A stretch of 64,000 nt of DNA, from IMG/VR virus record IMGVR_UViG_2930578203_000001, positions 1-64,000 of that record. One strand, written 5' to 3'. A program made the position numbers and the translations under genes. Source of the DNA: a virus (taxonomy: Duplodnaviria; Caudoviricetes). This document shows, piece after piece, positions 38,374 through 47,428 of this stretch. Positions within the stretch are counted from its first letter, which is position 1. Each line of letters begins with the position of its first letter. Below the pieces are notes generated by a model. It saw only the letters and a program-made list of their open reading frames with translations. It was not told the DNA's origin and did no database searches.

Positions 38374-39035
38374 CGGCCCTCGCGGTAGAGGCCCCAGCAG
38401 CCCGGCCCGAGTGGGACGGCCGCCTGGTCGTGCGCGCCGCGGGCCGCCCGCTCCTGCACATCGGCGCCGAGGGCGTCAACGCGCCCACGGTGCCCATGTT
38501 CACCGTGGCGCTGGAGTGCGCTCCGGACGCCGAACAGGCCCCCGGCGTACGGCCGTGGGACGGACCCGTCACCGAAGCGAACATCTGCCCGGCCTGCCTG
38601 CGCTCCCTGCGCGGTGAACCGGAGCCCGAGGCGCCCCGCCTCGTCCCCGCCGGCGTCGTCGAAGCCCTGCCCCAGCCAGTTCCCGAGCCAGCCCGCGACG
38701 GCCGCCACCTCCAGGCCGTTCCCAACCTCCCGGTGTACGCCGAGGCGCCTCTGCCCGCCGAGCACGGCGGCCGCCCGATCACCTGGTCCCGCTGGACGAC
38801 CGCGCCCGTCATCACCCACCACGATCCCTCGTGCGAGTGTTGCGGGGACCCGGGCCCCGGCGAGATGGCCGGCGGCCGCCAGAGCAACCCGATGTCGCGG
38901 ACCGACCCCTTGCGCCGCTACGTCGCCTACCGCTGCACCGCGTGCCAGGAGATGACCGCGTACGAGCAGGTCGGCAGCGAGCTCAACACCATCGCACATC
39001 ACAAGTCGCGCGCCCCGAAGGACTGCAACCGATGA
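38370..39035 (+). CDS. hypothetical Cys-rich protein
   Basis: CPAC, CECC, CTAC motifs; coupled. Confidence 0.65.
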   Translation: MTALAVEAPAARPEWDGRLVVRAAGRPLLHIGAEGVNAPTVPMFTVALECAPDAEQAPGVRPWDGPVTEANICPACLRSLRGEPEPEAPRLVPAGVVEALPQPVPEPARDGRHLQAVPNLPVYAEAPLPAEHGGRPITWSRWTTAPVITHHDPSCECCGDPGPGEMAGGRQSNPMSRTDPLRRYVAYRCTACQEMTAYEQVGSELNTIAHHKSRAPKDCNR

Positions 39036-39295
39036 GCACCACCCTCACCCTCGTTCGCGACACCAGCATCCTCGAGCAGCGCGTCGCCCTGATCGCGTGC
39101 GGTCAGCGTCCCGGCAAGACCCAGGCGTGCGTAACCCACCGCAGCAAGGGCGCCGCCCTGCTGAACATCGCCTCCACGGGGGCCGCGGACGCCCTCGCAG
39201 CGGCGATCTGCGGAACCGGGAAGGGGCCCGCCTGCCACGACTGCAAGGACAAAGCCGCAGGGATCATCAGCGCCTACAACGAGGAGATCCGGTGA
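39032..39295 (+). CDS. small Cys-rich protein with internal duplication
   Basis: Two A.I.CG....AC..H/C..K units. Confidence 0.6.
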   Translation: MSTTLTLVRDTSILEQRVALIACGQRPGKTQACVTHRSKGAALLNIASTGAADALAAAICGTGKGPACHDCKDKAAGIISAYNEEIR

Positions 39296-39750
39296 CAACG
39301 GCCGTAGCGCTCCAGGACGCAGAGATCTTCGACGTGGACGGCACGCTCGTCGACGTCGAACCCATCCGCCACCTGATCAAGGGTCCCGGCGGATTCACCG
39401 CCTTCCACCGCGCCAGCATCAACTGCCAACCGCACCAGTACATCGTCGACGCCGCTCGCGAAGCCCACGCCCGAGGCTGGGCTGTGCTCATCGTGACCGG
39501 TCGCGATCGACGCTGGGAACGGCTGACCGCCATGTGGCTCGCCCTTCACGGTGTGCCGTCCGACGGGCTGTGGATGCGCGGCCGCGGAGACTACCGCCCG
39601 GACTACGTCATCAAGCGGGAGCTGCTGCGCTCCATCCGCCGGACGTACAACGTGGTCCGCGCCTGGGACGACAACCCGAACGTCATCCGCCTGTGGCACG
39701 AGGAGGACATCCCCGTCGAGGTGGTCCCCGGATGGGTGGACGAACAGTGA
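39292..39750 (+). CDS. HAD-family phosphatase (polynucleotide kinase 3'-phosphatase-like)
   Basis: FDVDGTL, VTGR, MR..GD.RPD..IK, DDNP motifs. Confidence 0.85.
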   Translation: MTTAVALQDAEIFDVDGTLVDVEPIRHLIKGPGGFTAFHRASINCQPHQYIVDAAREAHARGWAVLIVTGRDRRWERLTAMWLALHGVPSDGLWMRGRGDYRPDYVIKRELLRSIRRTYNVVRAWDDNPNVIRLWHEEDIPVEVVPGWVDEQ

Positions 39751-40061
39751 GCCAGCCCGGGAACCACGAGATCACCGCCGCCGATCTGGCGACGGGCGAA
39801 CTGTCCTACGCGCTCCCCCTCGAAGGCTGGAGCGGCATGACACTGCACTGCCAGGTCGACGCCATCGGCCCGTCCGACCGACACCCCGACCTCGTGAAGC
39901 TCGAGGTGTCGTTCCCCCTGGTGGCGCGCGCCGGAACCAACTGCCCGACGTGCGGACCGACGACTCCCGAACAGCGTCACCGCCGCCCGGGAGTGCAGCG
40001 CTGCTCGAACTGCAAGGAGCACCTGGGGCCAAACCCGCTCGTCGACGGCGCAGTCCTGTGA
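39747..40061 (+). CDS. hypothetical zinc-ribbon protein
   Basis: CPTC...CSNC; coupled. Confidence 0.55.
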   Translation: MSQPGNHEITAADLATGELSYALPLEGWSGMTLHCQVDAIGPSDRHPDLVKLEVSFPLVARAGTNCPTCGPTTPEQRHRRPGVQRCSNCKEHLGPNPLVDGAVL

Positions 40062-40259
40062 GGGGCATCTACCACCTGGTCACCGACGGGCTCACCCAGA
40101 CCACCCCATGTAGGAAGCTGCACCAGGTGCATGAGGTCGTGATCTGGCAGCTGTGGCCGAGCGAACTCGCCCGCGACTGGCTCGGGCTGGAGCTGCGGCC
40201 GCTGCCTCTCCTCCCCCGTACGTGCGGACGCTGATGGAGACCGCCCGCCCCCTCCTCTC

Positions 40260-40291
40260 ATCTCGCCGAGATTGAGTAATCTCGGCGAGAT
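40260..40291. repeat. 32-bp palindrome, lox-like 12-8-12 layout
   Basis: ATCTCGCCGAGA-TTGAGTAA-TCTCGGCGAGAT. Confidence 0.8.
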
Positions 40292-40353
40292 CTTCCAATC
40301 TCCCCAAAAGATCGTCACAATGAGGGCTGTTGCTGATCACGATGGGAGTGCCG

Positions 40354-40611
40354 ATGCCGGCCGACACCGACTCACCACGAGTCCTACGGCTCACGTTCGA
40401 GTTCCACGTCCCGCGCGGCCTGCGGGTCAACATCCGGAACGACCGCCGTTTCACCGCTGTTGAAGCCTTGATTGCCGCGGTGCAGAGCCTCGCCGGTCAG
40501 GTCTTTCCGTGGGCCAGCAAGATGACGGTCCGGCACGAGTGGTCCTACGCCTGGTGGGACGAGACCGTGGAACGCGAGTTGCCGACCACGGAGAAGAACA
40601 CACCGAAGTAG
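40354..40611 (+). CDS. hypothetical protein
   Basis: GGAG RBS. Confidence 0.55.
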   Translation: MPADTDSPRVLRLTFEFHVPRGLRVNIRNDRRFTAVEALIAAVQSLAGQVFPWASKMTVRHEWSYAWWDETVERELPTTEKNTPK

Positions 40612-40666
40612 CCGCGGCCGCGCGACAGATCCACAACCGAACACCTGGCGTCATGGCCAGACCCCA

Positions 40667-40702
40667 CCGGCGGAGAGCACCGCCGGAGTCCCGAACGAAG
40701 GA
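40667..40702 (+). repeat. conserved leader, copy 10
   Basis: CCGGCGG-AGAGCA-CCGCCGG-AGTCCCGAACGAAGGA. Confidence 0.9.
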
Positions 40703-40773
40703 ACACCGCGATGCCCTCGCGCACTTCACTCCCCTGCCGTCTCTCCACTCTCACCCTGTCGAGGTGAGGTGAC

Positions 40774-42777
40774 GTGTTCCGACCTGTAGATGCGCACGAT
40801 CACGTCACCTCGCCCGTCGAGAAGGTCCCCTCGGGGAGCCGTGCTCGCCAGGCCCTGGGCACCGTGTGCCGCCTGTGCGGCCGCCTCCGTTACGAGTTGA
40901 TCCCGGCCGCGGCCACCGCCAGCATGACGTGTCTGGGCTGGCTGCACCACGCCGTCGGCGTCGGCCCGGAGGGCTGGGGCGGCTACGGCCTGGGCCTCGC
41001 AGCCGCCGGCGCCCTGACGTACGGCGGACTCAAGTTCAAAAACGCGCCCGCCGCATCCCTCGGCGTCGCCTCCACCGGCGCCCTCGTGAACACCGCGGTC
41101 GGCGCGATGACCGGCCCGTCCGTCCCGTCGCTCATCGCGGGCGGGGTCGTCACGATCGCCTCGTACGGCGTCTACGTCCCGTGGCTCATCAAGACCCGCC
41201 ACGAGCGGATCGCCCTGCAGATCAAGGCCGCCAAGACCGCCCCTCTGCCCGACGGAATGGGCGTCAACGTCACCCAGGCCGGCGTAACCGGCGACAGCGT
41301 CGAGGAGACCGCCCTGCGGCGTGCTCTGGTTGCCCTCGGCGTCCCCGCTCAGGACGTCTCCCGCATCGTGTTCACCGACACCGGATGGCACGCCGCGGTG
41401 ACGCTCCCGCCCGGCAAGAACACCTCCGCCGAGACTGTCATCGCCAAGCAGACCCAGCTCGAGGCGAACCTCGACCTCCCCGGGAAGCTGCGCCTGGCCG
41501 TCGGCGCACAGGCCAACCAGCTCATCGTCCGCATGCAGACGAACGACCCGCTCGCCGAGACGATCGCGTGGCCGGGCCCCGCCATTACCTCGGTGGAGCA
41601 CGCGCTGCCCATCGGCATCTACCCGGACGGTTCGCAGGTCTTCATCGACCTCGTCGCCGGGCACGTCCTGATCGCGGGCGGCACGGACATGGGCAAGTCC
41701 GGCGTCATCAACTGCGTGATCGGCAACCTCGTTGCGTGCGAGGACGCCGAGATCCTAGGCATCGATATGAAGCCCGGTGCGCTCGAGCTGGGCCCGTGGC
41801 GCCGCAACATGCTTGCCCTGGCCGACGACGCCGACGGCGCCCGCCAGGTCCTCACCATGGTCAAGGCGGAGATGATCCGCCGCGGCAAGTACCTTGCGAC
41901 CCTCCGGGGCCCGAAGGGTGAGCCGGTCCGGAAGTGGACGAGCGAGCACGGCCCGTACTGGATTCTGGTCGTCGACGAGCTTGCCGAACTCCTGCGCCAG
42001 GCCCCGGACGTGGCCTCGGAGCTGGTCACGATCAACCAGGTGGCCCGCGCCATGGGTATCCGCGTGATCGCGGCCACGCAGTCCCCCAGCGAGCAGGCGT
42101 TTGGCGGCAAGGGCACGGACGCCCGGCAGCAGTACAGCACCCGCATCGGGCTGCCCGTGTTCGAGACCGAGCCCATCAACATGATCTTCGGCCGGGGCGC
42201 GTACGGCCGCGGATGGCGGCTCGACTGGCTCGACCTGCCCGGCAAGGTCATGGTCTCGTCCCGGCGCTACGCAGACCCTCGTGAGGGCCGCTGCTACTAC
42301 GTGACGGACCGCGACATCGTCGTCGTCTCCACGGAGCACGCCCGGCACGAGGACGAGGAGCCCGCCGAGCCCGCGTGGCCGCACCCCCAGCACGAGCCGG
42401 ACCCCGACCCTGAGCCGCCGACTCCGCCACCCGGCAGTGGCGGTGGGGGCCCGCGCGGCGGCCGGCCTCACCTCCGGCCCGTGCCGACCTTCCCGGACGG
42501 CTCCCGCATCCCCGACAACCGCATTGCGCTGTGGGAGGCCCTGCAGAAGGCAGGCCCCGACGGTGTGACGAAGCCCGAACTGGTCGCCGACGACATCGTC
42601 GGACACGGCTCCAGCGCCACCCAGCCGCTCACTCAGTGGACCAAGAAGGGATGGCTGGACGACTCCGGCAAGCGCGGCCAGGCCAAGGTCTGGCGCTTGG
42701 TCGCCGTAGCCCACACACCGCGCCCCGAAGTGACCAGCACCGACGAGGAGAACTCCGCATGTCCCGCAAGCCTGTAG
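40774..42777 (+). CDS. traB: FtsK/SpoIIIE-family conjugal DNA translocase (TraB-like)
   Basis: N-terminal TM helices, Walker A GGTDMGKS, IDMKPG, Walker B VVDE, ATQ motif, C-terminal wHTH. Confidence 0.85.
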   Translation: MFRPVDAHDHVTSPVEKVPSGSRARQALGTVCRLCGRLRYELIPAAATASMTCLGWLHHAVGVGPEGWGGYGLGLAAAGALTYGGLKFKNAPAASLGVASTGALVNTAVGAMTGPSVPSLIAGGVVTIASYGVYVPWLIKTRHERIALQIKAAKTAPLPDGMGVNVTQAGVTGDSVEETALRRALVALGVPAQDVSRIVFTDTGWHAAVTLPPGKNTSAETVIAKQTQLEANLDLPGKLRLAVGAQANQLIVRMQTNDPLAETIAWPGPAITSVEHALPIGIYPDGSQVFIDLVAGHVLIAGGTDMGKSGVINCVIGNLVACEDAEILGIDMKPGALELGPWRRNMLALADDADGARQVLTMVKAEMIRRGKYLATLRGPKGEPVRKWTSEHGPYWILVVDELAELLRQAPDVASELVTINQVARAMGIRVIAATQSPSEQAFGGKGTDARQQYSTRIGLPVFETEPINMIFGRGAYGRGWRLDWLDLPGKVMVSSRRYADPREGRCYYVTDRDIVVVSTEHARHEDEEPAEPAWPHPQHEPDPDPEPPTPPPGSGGGGPRGGRPHLRPVPTFPDGSRIPDNRIALWEALQKAGPDGVTKPELVADDIVGHGSSATQPLTQWTKKGWLDDSGKRGQAKVWRLVAVAHTPRPEVTSTDEENSACPASL

Positions 42778-43085
42778 TTCCGACCAACGTCTACCCGGGC
42801 ATCATGGCGTCCCACATGCCCGTCGAGCAGTATCAAGCGGCGCACGGCTGCACCTGCGAGCACTCGCACGACCACGGTCAGGCACCCGTCCAGCAAATCA
42901 TCATCAAGCAGTCCGACCCGTGGGTCCGGTACATGGCGATCGGCTTCGCCGGGGCCAGCATCGGCCTCCTGGTCCTCGCGAGCGTCGTGGCGACACTGAT
43001 CGCTGCCGGCCTGTGCGCGCTGTGCATCGCGGTCGCCACCTGGGCGATAAGGGCCCTGCTCAGCGGCCGCAAAGACTCCAAGTAG
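42759..43085 (+). CDS. SpdD-like membrane spread protein
   Basis: Pro/His-rich N-terminus plus a long hydrophobic C-terminus; directly after traB. Confidence 0.55.
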   Translation: MSRKPVVPTNVYPGIMASHMPVEQYQAAHGCTCEHSHDHGQAPVQQIIIKQSDPWVRYMAIGFAGASIGLLVLASVVATLIAAGLCALCIAVATWAIRALLSGRKDSK

Positions 43086-43179
43086 CCGTAGCGCGCGCCT
43101 GCTTCGGGGAAGGGCCCTGGCCGACCTGCTGGGGCCTTTGGCGTGTCCGTGTCGGATGGCCGTGCGATGATCCTCCGTC

Positions 43180-43635
43180 ATGGGGAGATACACATGGGGG
43201 AAGAGGGTCGCCGGGCTGGTCCTGGCCGCGACCATGGCGGCCGTAAGCGGCTGCAGCAGCTCGGACGACGAGAGCGACGCGAAGCCGGCCGCGAAGGCGA
43301 AGACGGTGAGCGTGGAGGCCGCGTCCACCACGTTCCAGGATGCGGTGACGAAGTTCGACACAGACGGCGGGTGCCTGGAGAAGGAGCCCGGTACGTGCTG
43401 GAAGCAGATGACCGCACTGATGGAGCCCGCGCGCGATCTGCGGAAGGCGATGAACTCGGAGAAGTCCGTGGGCGCGGACTTCTGGACGGACGCGTACGCC
43501 CTGATCGACACCATGGAGGACGGCATCGCCGTCGGTGAGGATCAGGGCGCCACCGCGTACGGCACAAACCGGCCGAAGGTCCTCGGGTCCGCGCACGATC
43601 TGTCCGACTGGCTCGACGAGAACCCGATCAAGTAG
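43180..43635 (+). CDS. putative lipoprotein
   Basis: Signal peptide with VSGC lipobox. Confidence 0.7.
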   Translation: MGRYTWGKRVAGLVLAATMAAVSGCSSSDDESDAKPAAKAKTVSVEAASTTFQDAVTKFDTDGGCLEKEPGTCWKQMTALMEPARDLRKAMNSEKSVGADFWTDAYALIDTMEDGIAVGEDQGATAYGTNRPKVLGSAHDLSDWLDENPIK

Positions 43636-43687
43636 CAGAAACGAAGCGGCATCCGCGCGCGGCCGCGGCCCGCCGGATGCCGCCGGC

Positions 43688-44182
43688 CTACTCGCCCTTC
43701 GGCTTCCCTGCGGCCAGTCCGGGAGCGAGCCGGGCGCACCGCGCGGCGTACGCAGACAGGTGCTCGGTCTCGAACTCCGCGGCGTTCCAGTCCTCCTCAA
43801 GAACATCGCCGCCCGGCCAGATGTAGGCCCACCCTCTCGCGCCGGTGGACAGGGCCACTTCACGAAGGTCGTACCGCTCGTCCTCGAACGCGTCGAGGAT
43901 GCGCCACTCCTCGTTGCTCAGGTCGGTCAGGACCACTCCGGACGCGGAGCCGCCGAGCGCGTGCACGACGAGCCCTGGATAGAGGCGGTCTGCGAGCGCG
44001 GCCGCGCGGTACCCGGGAGCAGCCGCCGGGGCCTGCTCGGGTATCCGCCCCAATAGGGCCTTGAGGACGGCGTCGAACTGGAGCGTGCCGTAGCAGAACA
44101 GCACGTCGGGGCCTTGCGAGAGTCGGTCCCGGCGACCAGAGGTCTCCGGGACCAGGGCGGGGCTGGTTATCGTCTGGATCAT
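43688..44182 (-). CDS. gamma-glutamylcyclotransferase (AIG2-like) family protein
   Basis: LFCYGTL, YPGL, LDAFE motifs. Confidence 0.85.
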   Translation of the reverse strand: MIQTITSPALVPETSGRRDRLSQGPDVLFCYGTLQFDAVLKALLGRIPEQAPAAAPGYRAAALADRLYPGLVVHALGGSASGVVLTDLSNEEWRILDAFEDERYDLREVALSTGARGWAYIWPGGDVLEEDWNAAEFETEHLSAYAARCARLAPGLAAGKPKGE

Positions 44183-44195
44183 TGGCGTTCCGGTC

Positions 44196-44768
44196 TCAGG
44201 GAGAGGGCAGGTACATCGCGTCGTAGACGGGCGACTCTGGGGCGTGCTTGATCTGTCCCATAATCGTGTACCCCCACCGCAGGTATGCATCGTGGGCAGG
44301 TTGGTTATCGACGATGCACGTCAGGGCTGTGGCGGTCTCCGCGCGGCCAGCAATGACCGCGTCGTGGATCTGGCGGCCGAGCCCGTTGTTCTGGAACTCG
44401 GGGAGCACCATCAGTTCCCGCAGCCAGAAGATTCTGCCGGCGTCGGCCAGGACGACGAGGTCGTTCGGCCGCCGGTTGCCGAGTGACGTCCACCAGGGCT
44501 TGTCGGCGGGCAGGGTCGCGCCGTGCACGTACCCGATGATTCGGCCGTCCTGCCAAGCGGTCACGGTCTCGAACCCCGCGGTATCGAACGCCGCCTCCAA
44601 TCGCTCCCGGAAGGAGTCGGCGGAGAAGAACGGGTCTCCCTTGTACGGCGGGACGTCGTACACGTGGGCGTAGACGTCGACCAGCTCGGAGGTTATGTCC
44701 TTCGCCGACTTCGCATCGTGCCGCTGGAACTGCGGTGCCACGGTGTGCACTCTCCTTTTCTCGCTCAC
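44196..44768 (-). CDS. GNAT N-acetyltransferase
   Basis: ELMVLPEFQNNGLG, NQPAHDAYLRWGY. Confidence 0.85.
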   Translation of the reverse strand: MSEKRRVHTVAPQFQRHDAKSAKDITSELVDVYAHVYDVPPYKGDPFFSADSFRERLEAAFDTAGFETVTAWQDGRIIGYVHGATLPADKPWWTSLGNRRPNDLVVLADAGRIFWLRELMVLPEFQNNGLGRQIHDAVIAGRAETATALTCIVDNQPAHDAYLRWGYTIMGQIKHAPESPVYDAMYLPSP

Positions 44769-46096
44769 GCGACGTGAGCACGGATCTGTTCGAGCAAGTC
44801 CCCCACCCCGCGTGCGCGCTGATGGGGGATCATCCCGTTGTGGACGATCTTCAACTGCGAGGCGGTCCGCGTCGAGGACATGCCAGCCTCAACTAGACGT
44901 AGGGCTTCGGTGGCGGCAGCGAGGCCGTGGTCGACGTCGCCGTTCTCCACCGCCGCGACCGAGAGCCGCCCGAGGCACATCCCGCGGTTCCGGGAGTGGG
45001 CTGCATCCTGCAACGCCTCGGACTGAGCCAGGAGCGCCTGTGCGCGGGCTGTTTGGCCGAGGTCGAGGCGGCACATGCCTTCCAGGCAGGTCAGCTCCGC
45101 GAGGTTGAGGAACAGGGCCCAGTCCGGGTCTCGCTCGTCGTTGCCGCGTTCCCACTCCTGCCAGGCCCGCTTGATGGCCGCATCGCAGTTGAAGGTGTCG
45201 CCGAGGCGGGCGTACCCCTGCGCCTCTCGGATCGCAAGGAGGGCTATGACGCGGGTGGGCGCGTCCCACAGTTCCGCATGCCGTTGGCCGAGCTTGGCGA
45301 AGCGTACGGCCTCACGTCCCTTGTTCAGGTCGACGGCCTGTCGGGACATGTTGCTCAGCGTGCGGCTGGCCAGCACGTCGTCGCTGGTGTAGTTGGCCGC
45401 GTTCAGAGCTTCGGAGAAGTACTGGCGGGCCTTGTCCTGGAGGCCGGCGTCGTAGCAGAACCATCCGAGTGACGTGGTGAGCTTGCCAGCAAGAGCGTGG
45501 AGCTGCTGACCGAGGGCGTCATCGTAGATACCGCGGTCGATCATGTGGTGCACCCAGAGCAGGTGCGCCCGGGTCGGCCGCCACAGCCTGTTGGCGCCGA
45601 ACTGCTGGTCAATCGCGTAGTTGTCGTCCGCGGCGGCCGAGAGGAATTCGACCTCTTCTGGCACGATCCGCCACTCGCCGGACCTGCCGGTGCCGGTGCT
45701 GGTCTCGGCTAGCCACGGTGGCGGCGCCTCGTCGGCGAGGGGGGCCGGGCTGGTGGCGACCAGCAACGGGCCAGCTGCGGGTTCTTGGCTGATCAAAGGC
45801 ACCGGTGTGAGGACGACGGGGCCACCACCGCTCTCGGCGACCCGTGGCCGCAGGCCCAGCTCCTCAACGGGACGCCTCCAGTAGGCGGCCAGTACCGCGC
45901 GGGTGCCGGGGTGGGGCCACGGAGGGGGCTCCTTGCTTTCCCACTTCGAGAGTTGGCGGACGGTGAACGTCGGGAGCTTCTTGCCAATCCGCCGCTCGTC
46001 GAAGAGGCGCTTGGCGAGGGTGGTCAGGGCGTCGACCATCTCCTCTTGCGTCAGGTTCGCGTCCTCGCGTAACCGCTTGAGTTCACGCATCTCCAC
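44765..46096 (-). CDS. XRE-type HTH regulator with TPR-like C-terminus (NsdA-like)
   Basis: LKRLRE..LTQEE..LSKWE N-terminus; LGWFCYDAG..ARQYF..AL. Confidence 0.8.
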   Translation of the reverse strand: MEMRELKRLREDANLTQEEMVDALTTLAKRLFDERRIGKKLPTFTVRQLSKWESKEPPPWPHPGTRAVLAAYWRRPVEELGLRPRVAESGGGPVVLTPVPLISQEPAAGPLLVATSPAPLADEAPPPWLAETSTGTGRSGEWRIVPEEVEFLSAAADDNYAIDQQFGANRLWRPTRAHLLWVHHMIDRGIYDDALGQQLHALAGKLTTSLGWFCYDAGLQDKARQYFSEALNAANYTSDDVLASRTLSNMSRQAVDLNKGREAVRFAKLGQRHAELWDAPTRVIALLAIREAQGYARLGDTFNCDAAIKRAWQEWERGNDERDPDWALFLNLAELTCLEGMCRLDLGQTARAQALLAQSEALQDAAHSRNRGMCLGRLSVAAVENGDVDHGLAAATEALRLVEAGMSSTRTASQLKIVHNGMIPHQRARGVGDLLEQIRAHVA

Positions 46097-46183
46097 CGCC
46101 TCATCGCGATCCGGTGCGCCTCACGGTAGCGACTCCCGTCGCGGTGCGTGAGGGTTCGTCAATTGAAAGCCCTGGTCAGGAGG

Positions 46184-46240
46184 AAAGGGCGGGCGAAAGG
46201 GCGGGCAAAGGGCGGGCAAAGGGCGGGTAGGAGGCGGGCA
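46184..46240. repeat. AAAGGGCGGGC direct repeats (4-5 copies) in a divergent promoter region
   Basis: Visible tandem array between the regulator and the 46335 operon. Confidence 0.8.
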
Positions 46241-46334
46241 GAGTTCCGTCGAAAAGACCTGTTCACCGCCCGGCGACTTCGCTGCACTGGGTCACGCCGC
46301 ACACACCGTGTGTGCCGTGATGCCGGGAGGGCTC

Positions 46335-46934
46335 ATGAAGACCCGCGAGATCGCCGAGCACGAGACCGTGTCCGCGTGGCTCTCCGCGGCGACGGCGCAC
46401 CCGGAGACGGCTACCGCGCTCTGGCATGAGAACCCCCACCTCCCGCGGCGCCTCGGGTGCGGCCAGACCTTTGACATCGTGCTGTCTGACCGATCGTTGG
46501 TCGAGGCGGCGTATCAGCTCCTCGACCAGTACGAGCAGCCGCTCGGGCCCGCCGTGCTGTTCTCCAACCTTCGCTCCGCGGCCGTTCTGGTTCCGCGAGG
46601 CACGGTGGCGGGCTGGTACGGCCTGATGGCCGCCTCACAGTGGCCCGAACGACTCCCCCGGCCGGCGTGCCTCGGCGAGGGGCACGCGATTCTCGTGCCC
46701 GCGCTTGTCCCCCGGCCGACGGCTGGGCTCGTTCGCTGGCTAGTGCCTCCCGACGGCGAGCAGTCCGTCGGGGGAGCGCCGCTGCTCACCAGCCCCGTCC
46801 CGCTCGCACGATGCCTCTCCGAGGCGGGTGCCCTTCTCGCGCCCGTAGAGCGGACTCCCCTCAGCAGGGCCGTGTCGGCAGTCAGGTCAGTCCTGCCGTC
46901 CCCGTCAGTCCTGCCATCCCCCAAGAGGACGTGA
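46335..46934 (+). CDS. hypothetical protein
   Basis: GGAGG RBS; first gene of a coupled operon. Confidence 0.7.
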   Translation: MKTREIAEHETVSAWLSAATAHPETATALWHENPHLPRRLGCGQTFDIVLSDRSLVEAAYQLLDQYEQPLGPAVLFSNLRSAAVLVPRGTVAGWYGLMAASQWPERLPRPACLGEGHAILVPALVPRPTAGLVRWLVPPDGEQSVGGAPLLTSPVPLARCLSEAGALLAPVERTPLSRAVSAVRSVLPSPSVLPSPKRT

Positions 46935-47428
46935 TGACGACGACAGCCGTACGACCGTCCCGCGCGGTGCCCCTCCGCGACGCGGACCTGGTGGACCAGT
47001 GGGTCGACATCGCGCCCCACTACGGCGGCCCGCTCCGTAAGGCAGACGCCCACCGCGTAGGCGTCCTACGCAGGATCGCCGCCGCCCGAATCCGGCACTA
47101 TGGCCTGGAAGACCTGCTCGACGAGGTGATGCTCCTCGTCTCCGAGTTGGTGACCAACGCGGTACTGCACAGCAGAACCAGCCGGATCGGCCTGATGATG
47201 GCCGTACGAGATGGCTTCCTGCACATCGACGTCATCGACGGTATGCCGGGCTACGCGACGCTCAAGAAGGTGAGCGCGGACGCCGAGTCGGGGCGCGGCC
47301 TCGCCCTGGTCGAAGCCGTGGTCAAAGAGTGCGGCGGGAACTGGGGCACGAGCGACGCCGGCAGGAAGACCTGGTGCCGCCTCGCTGTGCCGCAGGAGCC
47401 GAAAGGCGTGCCGGAGGAGTCGCAGTGA
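46934..47428 (+). CDS. ATP-binding protein (HATPase_c, anti-sigma-like)
   Basis: VSELVTNAVLH, ESGRGL, GRKTWC. Confidence 0.9.
   Translation: MTTTAVRPSRAVPLRDADLVDQWVDIAPHYGGPLRKADAHRVGVLRRIAAARIRHYGLEDLLDEVMLLVSELVTNAVLHSRTSRIGLMMAVRDGFLHIDVIDGMPGYATLKKVSADAESGRGLALVEAVVKECGGNWGTSDAGRKTWCRLAVPQEPKGVPEESQ

Noticed and set aside
2671-40702. Leader element as a glycine riboswitch (GGAGAG...CCGAAG) or hammerhead ribozyme
   Set aside because: GGAGAG lies in a terminal loop, and the remaining aptamer helices and the CUGAnGA/GAAA core are absent
46887-46922. 18-bp tandem duplication (SVLPSP x2)
   Set aside because: Probably a neutral slippage event at a gene's 3' end
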